Shown: positions 1 through 10,132 of the stretch, in pieces | How the letters are laid out: every line of letters starts with the position of its first letter | Numbering within the stretch: the first letter of the stretch is position 1 | Source: Candidatus Desulfaltia sp. | GTDB lineage: Bacteria; Acidobacteriota; Aminicenantia; Aminicenantales; UBA8522 | Length of the DNA stretch: 59,020 nucleotides | Reading direction: 5' to 3' | Assembly: GCA_035528895.1 (NCBI GenBank) | Contig: DATKXS010000184.1 | Span: 1-59,020, forward strand | Made by a program: the position numbers and the translations under genes | Notes under the pieces: generated by a model | Databases searched by the model: none | What the model was told of the DNA's origin: nothing | What the model saw: the letters and a program-made list of their open reading frames with translations, nothing else

Positions 1-1509
1 GTCCATCATCCTATACTGGATAGCTTCGGCCACGTGGGCGGCGCGGATGTCCTCCTCCCCTGCCAGGTCGGCGATGGTGCGGGCGACCTTGAGGACGCGG
101 TCATAGGCCCGAGCGCTGAACCCGAGCTTCGTCACCGCCGTCTCCAGGAGCTTTTGGGAATCGGTGCAAACCTGGCAGAATTTCTTCACCTCGCGCGTCC
201 TCATCTGGGCGTTGGCGTAGATTTTCCGATCTTGGAACCGCTGGAGCTGCCGCTCCCGGGCCCGAACGACCCTCTCTCTAATCCGGTCCGAGCTCTCGCC
301 GTCCTGGCGGGAGATGATGTCCTTGAACTTGACCTCGGGGACATCCACCTGGATGTCGATCCGGTCAAGGAGAGGCCCGGAGATTTTGGCGTAATACTTT
401 TGTCTCTGCGCGTCCGTGCAGTCGTCTTCCCTCCCCACCAGACCTCTTAACACGTCTTCGCAGGGGTTCATGGCGGCGACGAGCATGAACGCGGCCGGGT
501 AGGTCACACTGATGGCGGCCCGGGCGACGGTCACCTGGCCGTCCTCGAGCGGCTGGCGGAGGTCTTCCAACACCCGCCGCTTAAATTCGGGAAGCTCGTC
601 CAGGAAGAGGACACCGTTGTGGGCCAGGCTGACCTCGCCGGGACGGGGAATATGGCCGCCGCCGATGAGGCCGGCATCGGTGATGGTATGGTGGGGCGAG
701 CGGAACGGCCGGGCGCAGACGGCGCCCCTGTCCTTGAGCAGGCCGGCGGCGCTGTAGACCTGCGTCGCCCCGATGATCTCCTCGAAAGTCATCGGCGGAA
801 GGATGGAGGGCAGGCGTCTGGCCAGCATGGTCTTGCCGGCGCCGGGAGGCCCGATGAGGAGGACGTTGTGGGCTCCGGCCGCGGCCACCTCCAAAGCCCG
901 TTTGACCTGCTGCTGGCCTTTGACCTCCGAGAAATCGCCATCGTATGAACCCGGACGAAAGATTTCCGATGGCTCGTACCGGCAGGGAGAAATGGTTTCC
1001 GGCTCGTTGAGGAGGCGGACGACCTGGACTAAATTTTCAAGGCCGTAGATATCCAGGCCGTCGACCAGAGCCGCCTCTTTCTCGTTCTCCTTGGGAATGA
1101 CGATGGCCCGGTAGCTTTTTTTTTGGGCCAGGAGAGCGGCCGGGAGGATGCCGCGGACGGGCTTCAGCCGGCCGTCCATGGCCAACTCGCCGATGAAAAG
1201 ATAGTCGTCCAGGCGCCCGGCATCCACGACTCCCAGGTAAGCCAGCAGTCCAAGGCTGATCGGCAGGTCGAAGGCCGATCCCTCCTTCCGCCGTCCGGCC
1301 GGGGCCAGGTTGACGGTCAATTTGCGCGGCGGCATCTCGTAGCCGCAATTCTTCATGGCCGCCCTGACCCTTTCCTTGCTTTCCCGGATGGCGGCATCGG
1401 GAAGTCCGACCGTGACACAGCCCGGGATGCCTGTGGAGACATCCACCTCCACTTCGACCAGGTAAGCATCGATGCCCAAAAGGGCGGCGCTGGCGGTCTT
1501 GACGAGCAT
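1..1509 (-). CDS. comM: YifB/ComM family Mg-chelatase-like AAA+ ATPase, 3' end cut by the window edge
   Basis: Absent from the ORF track, so I translated it by hand. ATG at 1509 gives MLVKTASAALLGIDAYLVEVEVDV..VGLPDAAIRESKERVRAA..NLAPAGRRKEGSAFDLP. It contains Walker A GPPGAGKT and LFLDELPEF, and ends SARAYDRVLKVARTIADL..AEAIQYR at the window edge. Confidence 0.95.
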   Translation of the reverse strand, partial: MLVKTASAALLGIDAYLVEVEVDVSTGIPGCVTVGLPDAAIRESKERVRAAMKNCGYEMPPRKLTVNLAPAGRRKEGSAFDLPISLGLLAYLGVVDAGRLDDYLFIGELAMDGRLKPVRGILPAALLAQKKSYRAIVIPKENEKEAALVDGLDIYGLENLVQVVRLLNEPETISPCRYEPSEIFRPGSYDGDFSEVKGQQQVKRALEVAAAGAHNVLLIGPPGAGKTMLARRLPSILPPMTFEEIIGATQVYSAAGLLKDRGAVCARPFRSPHHTITDAGLIGGGHIPRPGEVSLAHNGVLFLDELPEFKRRVLEDLRQPLEDGQVTVARAAISVTYPAAFMLVAAMNPCEDVLRGLVGREDDCTDAQRQKYYAKISGPLLDRIDIQVDVPEVKFKDIISRQDGESSDRIRERVVRARERQLQRFQDRKIYANAQMRTREVKKFCQVCTDSQKLLETAVTKLGFSARAYDRVLKVARTIADLAGEEDIRAAHVAEAIQYRMMD

Positions 1510-1575
1510 GGCTTTCCCTAAGTAAAGACGAGGCCTGTCGAAAGGGTGTATCAACCGGGATAAATGAGGGGACGG

Positions 1576-3777
1576 TCAGCGGAATCGAAGGTCGAGGTGG
1601 ACGAAGACTCCCAAGAAGCGTTTATCTCTACTATTCATATCGATATTGTAAGGATAGAACCCTCCCGCTTCCCCGACCTGAAGGGTGTAGAGATACCTCC
1701 CCTTCCAGCGAAAGGGTCGCGGAGAGGAAAAGAGGAGAACCTGTTCGGCCATGTTCCAGGAAGGACGTCTCGACTCCTGCTTTTTGCTTCCCAGCTGAAC
1801 CGTCGCCTTCCCTTCCACAGGACTCTCCAGTCTGACGGCCACCTCGGAGACGGGCCGGTCCGTCCTGATGACCAGCGTTGCCCGGCTTTCTCCCCTCACC
1901 CAGAACCCGCTGAGCTCCGGCCCCAGGCAATTCTTGTCTTGGGCAAAGGCTTCGCCTCCGCTCACCGCCAACCCGTTCTCGAGCCGAACATCGAAAAAGG
2001 ATAAGGTCACGAACGCCATCCCCAGGAATGCGACCAGCGCGAGATGTCCCTTCAACCCAAGCCGAACAGCTTCCGGGCTTTTCGCCCTCTCCTTCCGGAG
2101 GAAAATCAGGGTGATCGCCAGGACGGCGATCGTCCAGAAAAAGGCCACCCCCCAGGTCTTCTGTTCCCGGACGGTCGTGGCCAATGTGGGGACCCATTTT
2201 GTCCAATCGACGAGCAGACTGTTTAGGCTGTTCAGGAGACGGCTTGGCATTTCAGGATGGCCGGGACCCAGGAGGAAGAACATGCTGTCCTGATAGAGAA
2301 GCCGGGGATTGCGGAGCGCCACGAAAACCAAAAAAAAGCTCAGGACGACCAGCCCTTTGCGGATAGCCAGGGCCACCTTGTTCCTCTCATTCGCCAATCC
2401 CGAGGCCAGGAATAGGGCCGGAATCCAGATAACGGGAAGGAGCGGTCTCCCCGGCGGGCAAAAACCTGCCCAGTAAAACGTCATCGAACAAAAGACCCAA
2501 AAGGTTACGAACAGCCCACCCAAGAGATAAACTGGCTGGGGCCTTGTCCTCCGAAGCATAAGGGCCCCAAAGAGGCTGAGTATCAGTATCGGCGCATAGA
2601 TGAAGAGGCCGGTCCTTTGGTCGAGAAGATAAGCCAGCAGACGGCTCAAGAAATCCGCCAGGTCTTTGACCAGGAAACGAGAGATGGACGGATCCGCCCC
2701 CCCAGCCGAGCCCCGGTAAACAGCCTGAGGAGAAATCCTTCCATACAGGCTATAAAGGAAAAGGAGGAAAAGCCCCGCCGAAACGGCCAAGGGAGCCAGG
2801 AAAGAGACTGCGGCTTTGGTCTTGCCCCTACCCTCCCTCGCCGCCAGAAAAACAACGATCAGGAAGGCCGCGCCGGCCAGGGGGATATACTTGATCCCGA
2901 ACCAGGGCAAGAGTCCGATCCCCGCGCCCGCCCAGAATAAGTCGCGGGCAGAGGTCCGCTTTTTCAGGATAAGTCCGTAGGCCCCGCCGGCAAGGATCAA
3001 GGCGACGGGCAGCTCGGGATAGATCAGTTGGGAATAGAAAAGGAGCGGCGAGGTGAAGCTAAAGATCATCCAGGCTAAAAGGGCGGCACTTTTTTTCCGC
3101 GTCAGTTCCCAGGCCGAGAGAAAAAAGACCAGACCTAGCAGCGCGGTCAGGAGACAGATGGGAAGACGGGAAAAAAAGACAAGGAGGGTCCTCTCGCCAA
3201 CGGCCCCCTGGGTGAGCGAAGAGAGCACACGGGCGACCTTTTGGCCGGCGACATAAAAGGGCGCGATCAGGACGGGGAGGCCGGGAAGATGCCTGGAATA
3301 AAGGAACCTCTCGCCCTTTTTCCCAGGGTAAGCATGAAGGTCAAGCTCCCCATCATAGAATGCCTTGTATTCTTTGTTCTGATAATCGTCGGCCAGGTTG
3401 AGGTCCCCGTCGGTGACGAGGCTTCTGGTGATCAGAAGATAATGAGGCTCGTCGCCGGTGAACGGGAGGGCGGGAAAGATGAGTCCGGTCGCATAAAGCC
3501 CATAGATCAGCAAACTGAGAAGAAATAGGCGCCAGGAAAGACGCCGGGCAGGCAGGGAGTCGAGTAAGGCTTGAATCGCGCCCCTTTTGTGCTGGGTGAG
3601 ATAGGCCGTTAGGAGCACGACGACACCCAGGCCTGAAACGACGAGGAGCGCACCGTCGATACCTCTCAAAAAGACGATGCGCCGGACGAAGGTGAGCCCG
3701 AGAAAAAGAAGAGGCGTCAGGATGAGAATGAAAGAGCGGGAAAAGAATGCCCTGGCGGTCCGGATGGGGGGTCTCAA
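1576..3777 (-). CDS. Polytopic membrane glycosyltransferase-like protein (GT-C/ArnT-PMT-like) with a soluble C-terminal domain
   Basis: 733 aa with many hydrophobic helices. A GDEPHY motif follows an early TM helix, as in GT-C enzymes. It sits at the end of a glycosyltransferase cluster. TTG start is uncertain. Confidence 0.65.
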   Translation of the reverse strand: MRPPIRTARAFFSRSFILILTPLLFLGLTFVRRIVFLRGIDGALLVVSGLGVVVLLTAYLTQHKRGAIQALLDSLPARRLSWRLFLLSLLIYGLYATGLIFPALPFTGDEPHYLLITRSLVTDGDLNLADDYQNKEYKAFYDGELDLHAYPGKKGERFLYSRHLPGLPVLIAPFYVAGQKVARVLSSLTQGAVGERTLLVFFSRLPICLLTALLGLVFFLSAWELTRKKSAALLAWMIFSFTSPLLFYSQLIYPELPVALILAGGAYGLILKKRTSARDLFWAGAGIGLLPWFGIKYIPLAGAAFLIVVFLAAREGRGKTKAAVSFLAPLAVSAGLFLLFLYSLYGRISPQAVYRGSAGGADPSISRFLVKDLADFLSRLLAYLLDQRTGLFIYAPILILSLFGALMLRRTRPQPVYLLGGLFVTFWVFCSMTFYWAGFCPPGRPLLPVIWIPALFLASGLANERNKVALAIRKGLVVLSFFLVFVALRNPRLLYQDSMFFLLGPGHPEMPSRLLNSLNSLLVDWTKWVPTLATTVREQKTWGVAFFWTIAVLAITLIFLRKERAKSPEAVRLGLKGHLALVAFLGMAFVTLSFFDVRLENGLAVSGGEAFAQDKNCLGPELSGFWVRGESRATLVIRTDRPVSEVAVRLESPVEGKATVQLGSKKQESRRPSWNMAEQVLLFSSPRPFRWKGRYLYTLQVGEAGGFYPYNIDMNSRDKRFLGVFVHLDLRFR

Positions 3778-3782
3778 GGCAC

Positions 3783-4598
3783 TCAGGATGGCTTGGTCTT
3801 CTTCGGCTTCTCCAGGAATTCCTGGGATAACCTCTCCAGCTCCAGCTCGACCTCATCGAGAGTCCGGAGCTTCATCTTCCTCATCTGGGTGTCCGCATCC
3901 TCTTCGGGATTGACGAACTCCACCTCTTCCTCTTTCTGGGTCGCTTCCCTGACCGCTTCCTGGGCGCTGTTTCCTGCGGCCGCTTTTTCCTCCTCGCCGT
4001 CCGCGACGCCCAGGACCTGTTCTTTCACCGCCGGCACGGTCAGCTTGGCCACCTCTTTGAGCGTTTCGAAAACGCCGACGCCGTTGATCGCCGAGGCTTC
4101 GAAGTAAGGGAGACTCTGCGGGTTGAGGAGCTGGTTGAAAGTCTCCACCGGGATGAGATCATCGAGGTCCCGCTTGTTGTACTGGAAGACGAGCGGCACG
4201 TTGTTGATGTCGACCTCGAGGCTCAGCAGGTTCCTCCTCAGGTTGTCGAAGCTCTCCAGGTTGGCGTCGAGGAGCGGGATCTGCGAGTCGGCCACGAAGA
4301 CGATCCCGTCCGCTCCCCGGAGGACGTTCTTGCGGGAGGCTTCGTAGAAGATCTGCCCGGGCACGGTCATCAGCTGGAAGTGGGCCTTATAATCACCGAT
4401 CAGCCCGGCCTTGATCGGGAGCAGGTCGAAGAAATAGGTCCTTTCCGTGTCGGTCTCCAGGCAGACGAGGTCGCCGCGCGAGGAGGGATCGAGCTTGAAA
4501 TAGATGAAGCGGAGGTTGGTGGTCTTCCCGCTCAGACCGGGGCCATAATAGACGATCTTGATGGCCACTTGCTTGGTGACATGGTTGACAAAAGACAT
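3783..4598 (-). CDS. mglA: MglA-family small Ras-like GTPase with an acidic C-terminal extension
   Basis: MSFVN..KIVYYGPGLSGKTTNL, ERTYFFD, TVPGQ, ADGIVFVADS, QYNKRD and EASAINGVGV closely match Myxococcus MglA. About 75 extra C-terminal residues. Confidence 0.88.
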   Translation of the reverse strand: MSFVNHVTKQVAIKIVYYGPGLSGKTTNLRFIYFKLDPSSRGDLVCLETDTERTYFFDLLPIKAGLIGDYKAHFQLMTVPGQIFYEASRKNVLRGADGIVFVADSQIPLLDANLESFDNLRRNLLSLEVDINNVPLVFQYNKRDLDDLIPVETFNQLLNPQSLPYFEASAINGVGVFETLKEVAKLTVPAVKEQVLGVADGEEEKAAAGNSAQEAVREATQKEEEVEFVNPEEDADTQMRKMKLRTLDEVELELERLSQEFLEKPKKTKPS

Positions 4599-4682
4599 CG
4601 TCAAGTCCGCTCAGTTCGATAATCCTTAACACACAACCCCGATCAAGTCAATCAGCCGGCGTTTCCCGTTTTGTCGGAGATA

Positions 4683-5855
4683 TCAAGCCGAAGCGAGGAA
4701 GCGAAACAGGCGTTCGTATTTCCCCAGGACCTTCGGCCAGGCATAGTTGTCCTGGACATAGAAAAATCCGTTCTCCCCCAGGGCTTTCCTCAGCCTGGAA
4801 TCGCCCAGCAACAGGTCCAGGGCGGCGGCGAACTCCCGGGCGTTGGAATAATACAGCCCGCACTGCCCCCGCAGGCAGTGCTCTTTGAGGGGGTCAGCGG
4901 CCTCCTGGACGAGGAGGGGCGTTCGAACGGCCAGCGACTCCTGGGCCGCCATGCACAGGCTCTCCAGGCGGGAAGGATGGACGGTCACGGCGGCCGCCGT
5001 CATGGCCGCGTTCTTTTCCTCCGGGGAAACGAACCCGAGATAACGGATCTTCGGATGGGACGGCAGGTCCATCAGCAGGTTCCCGATCAGGACAAGAGTG
5101 AGCTCGGGCCTGCGGGGGCTCACGGCAAGAAAATGATCGATGAGCTCCCGGCATCCTTTTCCCGGCTCGATCCGTCCGGCGTACAGGACGAACGGCCCAA
5201 CGAGGCCGTGTCTCCGGCAGAACCCGGCCGTGTCCGGACGGCCCGGGATATCAACGCCGACCCCGACAGTATCCTGGTACTTGTCCGCGAAGGAGAAACG
5301 GGCGCCGAGCATCTTCCGCTCGGACTCGGTGTTGAACATGAAAGCCGCCGGCCGCGCGAAGACCTCCTTCATGACTTCGAGACGGAGGGCCGGTTCGTCA
5401 TGGGCCGTGGGGACCAGTGTCTTTCGGCCCTTGATCCTCCTCAGTCCCCAGAAGGTGGTGTAATAGAGATAGGTAAAAAAGACGAAGGCGTCGTGTTGGC
5501 GCTCTTCTTTCTCCAGGGCCTCCAGCAGGTCGGGAGCCACCGGCCCCTGACGGTCCAGCCATTCCAGCTCGTCCCTCTCCGTATGATCGTGGAAAAAGAT
5601 CCAGTCCGAGTATTCGTTGAAAGAATCCATCTGCCGGGTCCTGGCGACGCGGAACCGCCGAACGGCAACACCGTTGAAGTCCGATTCACCCGGAGGATAG
5701 AAATTCTCCCAGGTCGTATATTCCCGGGCGCAGGTTGTGTAGACGGAGACGGCGTGCCCGGCCGCGGCGACCCGCTCGGCGATGAGACGGCAGTGGAGCT
5801 CCGACCCGCCCATCACTTCCGGGCCGTATCGCTGGACCACGAAGGCGATCTTCAT
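4683..5855 (-). CDS. Glycosyltransferase family 4
   Basis: [25 protein letters not shown] and an ExxxxxxxE motif ([10 protein letters not shown]). Confidence 0.9.
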   Translation of the reverse strand: MKIAFVVQRYGPEVMGGSELHCRLIAERVAAAGHAVSVYTTCAREYTTWENFYPPGESDFNGVAVRRFRVARTRQMDSFNEYSDWIFFHDHTERDELEWLDRQGPVAPDLLEALEKEERQHDAFVFFTYLYYTTFWGLRRIKGRKTLVPTAHDEPALRLEVMKEVFARPAAFMFNTESERKMLGARFSFADKYQDTVGVGVDIPGRPDTAGFCRRHGLVGPFVLYAGRIEPGKGCRELIDHFLAVSPRRPELTLVLIGNLLMDLPSHPKIRYLGFVSPEEKNAAMTAAAVTVHPSRLESLCMAAQESLAVRTPLLVQEAADPLKEHCLRGQCGLYYSNAREFAAALDLLLGDSRLRKALGENGFFYVQDNYAWPKVLGKYERLFRFLASA

Positions 5856-5865
5856 TCTGTTTCCT

Positions 5866-6942
5866 CTAAGGCTTCGTCCCTCGCAGCCTCTCGACCATCT
5901 GGAGAAGGAAGGGCTCCCGGCCGACGGTCCGGAGTCTCTCCAGACGCTCCCGCTGGCCGCGGACGATCTTCTCCCGGAGACGGCGGTCGCGGACGACGGC
6001 GTCCAGGAGCTCCGCCACCCTGTCCACTCGTTTCTCTTTCAACAGGATGCCGCAGCCGTCGAGGGTGTCCGGAACGGCCGTGGAATCGTAGGCGACGATC
6101 GGCAGGTCGAAGATCATGCTCTCCACCAAAGGCAGACAGAAACCTTCGTGTTCGCTCATCGAGAGAAAGACATCGGCCGCCCGGTAGAGAGCGAACATCT
6201 CGTCGTCGGGGACATGATCGACAAAGACGATTTCTTCGGGCGTGAGCAGAAAGTCATCGGCCAGCCTGACCAGCGATCGGTAATAGGCGGGCAGAGACGA
6301 CGTCTTCCCGACGATGACCAGCCGGACCAGGGGAGAGATGAATTTCTTGTAATAGAAGGTGACCTTGATGAGGTCCTCGATCTTCTTGTTGGGTGCGACC
6401 CGGCCGACGAACAGGATGTTGGCCCGGCCGTCCCGGAACAGCCGGTGAAGGAAGGCGTTCAGCGGCTTCCGGTATTTGGCGAAATCCACGTACAACGGAA
6501 AGACAAGCGGCTCCCTGAACCCGAACTCGGCGAGCTCCCGGGCGTTGAACGGGGAATCGGCCAGGGCGACATCGACGGCGCCGGCCAGGGAGCGCAGCTC
6601 TTCCCGGCCGAGGCGGGCGATGCGGACCATCTCCTCGCTGTAGCCGATGAAGAACTCGGGCGAGGTGACGTTGTGGTGGATGATGACTTTCTTCGAACGG
6701 AGGCTCCGGAAAGCGGCGGTCAGGGGCGAGGGCAGCGCAAAATGGAGGATTGTGATATCGCCGGAAGACGGTTCGGGAAAGGAGGCAAAATCCTTCGATT
6801 CGGCCTCGAGCTCCCGGTCCGAGCTCAATCGAAAGATGTCCGACTCGAACCCCTGAGACAGGAAGAACCCCCGCAGGAAGGCGGCTTCGTCGCCGATGGC
6901 ATCACCCCGGTGGTAGGCGGGGACGAGCTGGTCGATCCTCAT
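5866..6942 (-). CDS. Glycosyltransferase family 4
   Basis: True start is MRIDQLVP at 6942, with an ATGA overlap on the upstream stop. Motifs [12 protein letters not shown] and [13 protein letters not shown]. Confidence 0.9.
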   Translation of the reverse strand: MRIDQLVPAYHRGDAIGDEAAFLRGFFLSQGFESDIFRLSSDRELEAESKDFASFPEPSSGDITILHFALPSPLTAAFRSLRSKKVIIHHNVTSPEFFIGYSEEMVRIARLGREELRSLAGAVDVALADSPFNARELAEFGFREPLVFPLYVDFAKYRKPLNAFLHRLFRDGRANILFVGRVAPNKKIEDLIKVTFYYKKFISPLVRLVIVGKTSSLPAYYRSLVRLADDFLLTPEEIVFVDHVPDDEMFALYRAADVFLSMSEHEGFCLPLVESMIFDLPIVAYDSTAVPDTLDGCGILLKEKRVDRVAELLDAVVRDRRLREKIVRGQRERLERLRTVGREPFLLQMVERLRGTKP

Positions 6943-8009
6943 CTCCGGGTGACCTCCTCGATGTGCTGCCGGAGGATGCGGGCGACATTCTCCCGGCTGT
7001 ACCTCTCCAGGGCCTTGAGCTGGCCCCGGATGACAGCCTGGCGCACGTCCTTCTCGCAAACCAGAACATCGATCAGGGCGGCGATCCGGAAGAAATCTTT
7101 GTCCCGGACGAGCACCCCTCCGCCGTTCATGGTCTCTCCGACCGCCCCGGCATCGAACCCGATGACCGGAATTTTCTTGTAGAACGCCTCCAGGATGGGA
7201 ACGCCGAACCCCTCGTGCTCGCTAAGGCTGAGATAAACGTCGGCCAGCTCGAAATAGGCCAAGAGCTCTCCGAAATCAATATGTCCCGAAAAATGCACAT
7301 CCTGGACCCCGAGCCCGTCGACGAGCGCGAGGAGCGAGGCCTGGTATCTTTCCAGGCCGCGATAGTCGCCGGCCAGGATCAGACGGGAGTCGGGGTTGAA
7401 GCACTTCTTGTAGAGATGGAACGCCTTGATGACGTCTTCGAACTTCTTATTGGGGATGACCCGGCCGACGAAAAGGATGGTCGTCTTGCCGTCCCCGAAA
7501 AGGCGCCGCGTGACCGGGTCTCCCGGCCGGTCGAACTTGGAGAAGTCCATCAGGATGGGCAGCACTCCGGTGTGGGGATATCCGGCGGCCTCGAGCTCGC
7601 GGCGGTTGAACTCGGAGTCGCCGACCGCCAGGTCCACCTTGTCCATAAAAAGCTTGATCTCCAGCCGGCCCTTGTAGCACTCCCGGGCCAGGATGCGGTG
7701 CCAGTCGACGAAGAACGCGTGGGGCGTGATGTTGTGGTAGATCATGATCTTCCGGTCGGGGACGCGGAAAAATAGCTTGGAGACGGGCGACCCGATGGAG
7801 AAATGGAAGATGACGACGTTGCCGGCCGAGCTGAGTTTCCTGTACTCGCGGTAATCGCGCCTCAGGCCGGCCAGCCGGGGGTCGAAGAAGCGGGTGAAGA
7901 TCTCGGACAGATGGCCTTGCTCGCGCAGGACCTTCTGGATCTCGAGCATCTCGTCGGAGATGGCATCGCCGTAGGTCAGGGAGGTCGAGAACTGGTGGAT
8001 ATCCATCAA
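6939..8009 (-). CDS. Glycosyltransferase family 4, paralogue of the downstream GT4
   Basis: GDAISDE N-terminus, VGRVIPNKKFED and SEHEGFGVPILEA. The start may be the second ATG at 8006. Confidence 0.9.
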   Translation of the reverse strand: MMDIHQFSTSLTYGDAISDEMLEIQKVLREQGHLSEIFTRFFDPRLAGLRRDYREYRKLSSAGNVVIFHFSIGSPVSKLFFRVPDRKIMIYHNITPHAFFVDWHRILARECYKGRLEIKLFMDKVDLAVGDSEFNRRELEAAGYPHTGVLPILMDFSKFDRPGDPVTRRLFGDGKTTILFVGRVIPNKKFEDVIKAFHLYKKCFNPDSRLILAGDYRGLERYQASLLALVDGLGVQDVHFSGHIDFGELLAYFELADVYLSLSEHEGFGVPILEAFYKKIPVIGFDAGAVGETMNGGGVLVRDKDFFRIAALIDVLVCEKDVRQAVIRGQLKALERYSRENVARILRQHIEEVTRR

Positions 8010-8016
8010 GCGCTCT

Positions 8017-8523
8017 TCATTTGAAAACTTCTTTTTCCAGGGCTTTCTCCCGTTTTCCCAAAAAGTCGAAATCCTTTTCCATGATCCGCGTTTTCGTCTT
8101 CAGCGTCTCCTCCTCGATCTTCAACTTGCTCATCTCGACGACGAGATTGTGGCAGAGATGATGGAGAAGCTTCGTGTACTCTTGCAGGCGGTTGAGCCGC
8201 TCGCTGGTCAGGTGGCGTTCCTGTTCCAGCCGGTCGATCCTCCTATTGGCGTGGTCGAGGATGAGGACGGTCCGGCGGTGCTCCTCAGCGACGGGAAGGA
8301 TGAGCAGCTTGATCAGCGGCTTCAAGGGAGACATCAACCGGAGAAGGATCCGTCTCGCCCTTCCCTGCCCGGCCGCAGGATCAAGATCGGGGATGGGGGC
8401 GGGATCATCCCCCGACATTCGGGGCGCATCCCCGGCCACGACGGCGACCTTCTTTTTGATCTGATCCATGATCAGGGCCACATCGATATGGTCATAATCG
8501 ATCTCGATTTTTTCTTGATCCAT
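8017..8523 (-). CDS. Hypothetical coiled-coil protein
   Basis: 168 aa with a heptad-like, E/K/L-rich C-terminal half. Co-oriented with the GT4 genes and tightly spaced. Confidence 0.7.
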   Translation of the reverse strand: MDQEKIEIDYDHIDVALIMDQIKKKVAVVAGDAPRMSGDDPAPIPDLDPAAGQGRARRILLRLMSPLKPLIKLLILPVAEEHRRTVLILDHANRRIDRLEQERHLTSERLNRLQEYTKLLHHLCHNLVVEMSKLKIEEETLKTKTRIMEKDFDFLGKREKALEKEVFK

Positions 8524-8534
8524 CTCTCGTCCCC

Positions 8535-8750
8535 CTAGTTGTGGTCTTTCTTGAACAGATGGTTCTCATAGACATTCTGAACGTCCTGGATATCCGGAAG
8601 AGGCTTGAGCCGAAGCTCCTCGATCTCGCGGACATCCTTTTCAGTCAGGGTGCCGTCCTTCAGCTTTTCGGCAATCCTTTTCTCGACCTCTTCGGCCAGC
8701 CTTTTCTGCTCATCCGGGGTCAGGCTCTCGGCCTCGAAAAATGCGGACAT
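8535..8750 (-). CDS. Small helical hypothetical protein
   Basis: 71 aa, charged and helical. A GGAGAA RBS-like sequence lies upstream. First gene of the GT operon. Confidence 0.65.
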   Translation of the reverse strand: MSAFFEAESLTPDEQKRLAEEVEKRIAEKLKDGTLTEKDVREIEELRLKPLPDIQDVQNVYENHLFKKDHN

Positions 8751-8898
8751 GGATATTCTCCTTCCTGTATATCTTAGCTGTGTGGAAGATTTTAGTCCAT
8801 TCAGGGCCTCCGTTCAATCGTTTCTGCTCGTCCCCGTTTGAATCTGATTGAAAAGGGAGGAGGTCTGTGGTAAATAAGGAAATCAAGGTATTATCATC

Positions 8899-9363
8899 AT
8901 GAGCGAATGGAGAAAGAAGATCCGCATCGGAGTCATCGGCGGGAGCAGCCCGGACGACCGGGCCATACTGATGGCCTTCCGCGTCGGCCAGGCGATCGGC
9001 GAAGCGGGGGCCGTCCTCGTCTGCGGCGGGCTGGGAGGAGTCATGGAGGCGGCCGCCTCCGGGGCCAAGAAAGCCGGCGGCCTCACCGTCGGCATCCTCC
9101 CCGGTGCCAGCCCCGCCGAGGCCAATCCATCCATCGACCTCCCCATCGCCACGAGCCTGGGGTACAGCCGGAATTCCCTAGTAGCCCTGAATTCAGACGT
9201 CCTGATCGCAGTCGCCGGAGAATACGGCACGCTTTCGGAGATCGCTTACGGCAACATCTACGGCAAGAAGGTCATCGGCCTGGACACCTGGGAGGTCAAG
9301 GGAGTGATCAAGGCGAAGACTCCCGAAGAGGCCGTCCAGATGGCCTTGAACGAATGCGTGTAA
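8899..9363 (+). CDS. TIGR00725 family (LOG/SLOG Rossmann-fold) protein
   Basis: IGVIGG, LVCGGLGGVMEAAASGA, VGILPG, RN..VA and GEYGTLSEIA. Confidence 0.9.
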   Translation: MSEWRKKIRIGVIGGSSPDDRAILMAFRVGQAIGEAGAVLVCGGLGGVMEAAASGAKKAGGLTVGILPGASPAEANPSIDLPIATSLGYSRNSLVALNSDVLIAVAGEYGTLSEIAYGNIYGKKVIGLDTWEVKGVIKAKTPEEAVQMALNECV

Positions 9364-10082
9364 CCAAGCTCATTCTGAGCTACGACGGCACCGATTTCTG
9401 CGGCTGGCAGAGGCAGCCCGACGAGCGGACGGTCCAGGGAGTGGTCGAGGACGCCCTGGCCGAGCTCAGCGGAAAAAGAATCCCCGTCGCGGGGGCCGGA
9501 AGAACCGACGCCGGCGTCCACGCCCAGGGCCAGGTGGCCAGCTTTCGGGCCGAGTTTCGCCTCAAGAACGACGCGCTTCGCCGGGCGCTCAATGCCCTGC
9601 TTCCCGGCGACGTCCGGGTGCTCTCGGCCGGCCCCGCGCCGCCCGGCTTCGACGCCCGCAGGTCGGCCCGGTCGAAGGTCTATCGATACCGCATCTTCAA
9701 CGGGCCCCGGATCAGTCCATTTCTTTTCCGCTACGTCCTCCACTGGACGGGACCTCTCGACCTCGAAAAGATGGCCGAAGCGGCCGGGCGGTTCGTGCGG
9801 GCCGCGGATTTCACCGCCTTTTCCTCGAACCGGCTCCTCCACCCCGTGCGCCGGGTCAGCCGCTCCGAGCTTCATAAGAAAGGTTCGGAGATCATCTACA
9901 CGGTCGAGGCCGACGGTTTCTTGCGCTATATGGTCCGGACGATCGTCGGCACCTTGCTTGAAGTGGGACGGGGAAAGATCGATCCCCGGGCGATCGAAGA
10001 CCTTTTCGCCGGCAAGAGGCGGTCCTTAAGAAGCCCCACCGCCCCCGCCAAAGGTTTGTGTCTCGTCAAAGTGATTTATTGA
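9354..10082 (+). CDS. truA: tRNA pseudouridine(38-40) synthase TruA
   Basis: Start MRVTKLILSYDGTDFCGWQRQ, then GAGRTDAGVHA, FLRYMVRTIVG and TAPAKGLCL. Confidence 0.96.
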   Translation: MRVTKLILSYDGTDFCGWQRQPDERTVQGVVEDALAELSGKRIPVAGAGRTDAGVHAQGQVASFRAEFRLKNDALRRALNALLPGDVRVLSAGPAPPGFDARRSARSKVYRYRIFNGPRISPFLFRYVLHWTGPLDLEKMAEAAGRFVRAADFTAFSSNRLLHPVRRVSRSELHKKGSEIIYTVEADGFLRYMVRTIVGTLLEVGRGKIDPRAIEDLFAGKRRSLRSPTAPAKGLCLVKVIY

Positions 10083-10132
10083 CAGAGGCGAGGCGCCTTT
10101 ATATAAATAGGATTCACGAAAGGAGATCAAAC

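Noticed and set aside
34-1521. Short ORFs listed in the track over 34-1521
   Set aside because: The real gene is minus-strand comM, which the track missed because it has no stop within the window.
4671-7775. Long plus-strand ORFs (524, 466 and 270 aa)
   Set aside because: Antisense shadows of the GT4 genes, typical of high-GC DNA, with no recognisable motifs.
8907-9353. N-terminal extension of the truA ORF, and the 10058 start for the C69 peptidase
   Set aside because: Both overlap upstream genes. Better starts are at 9354 and 10133.
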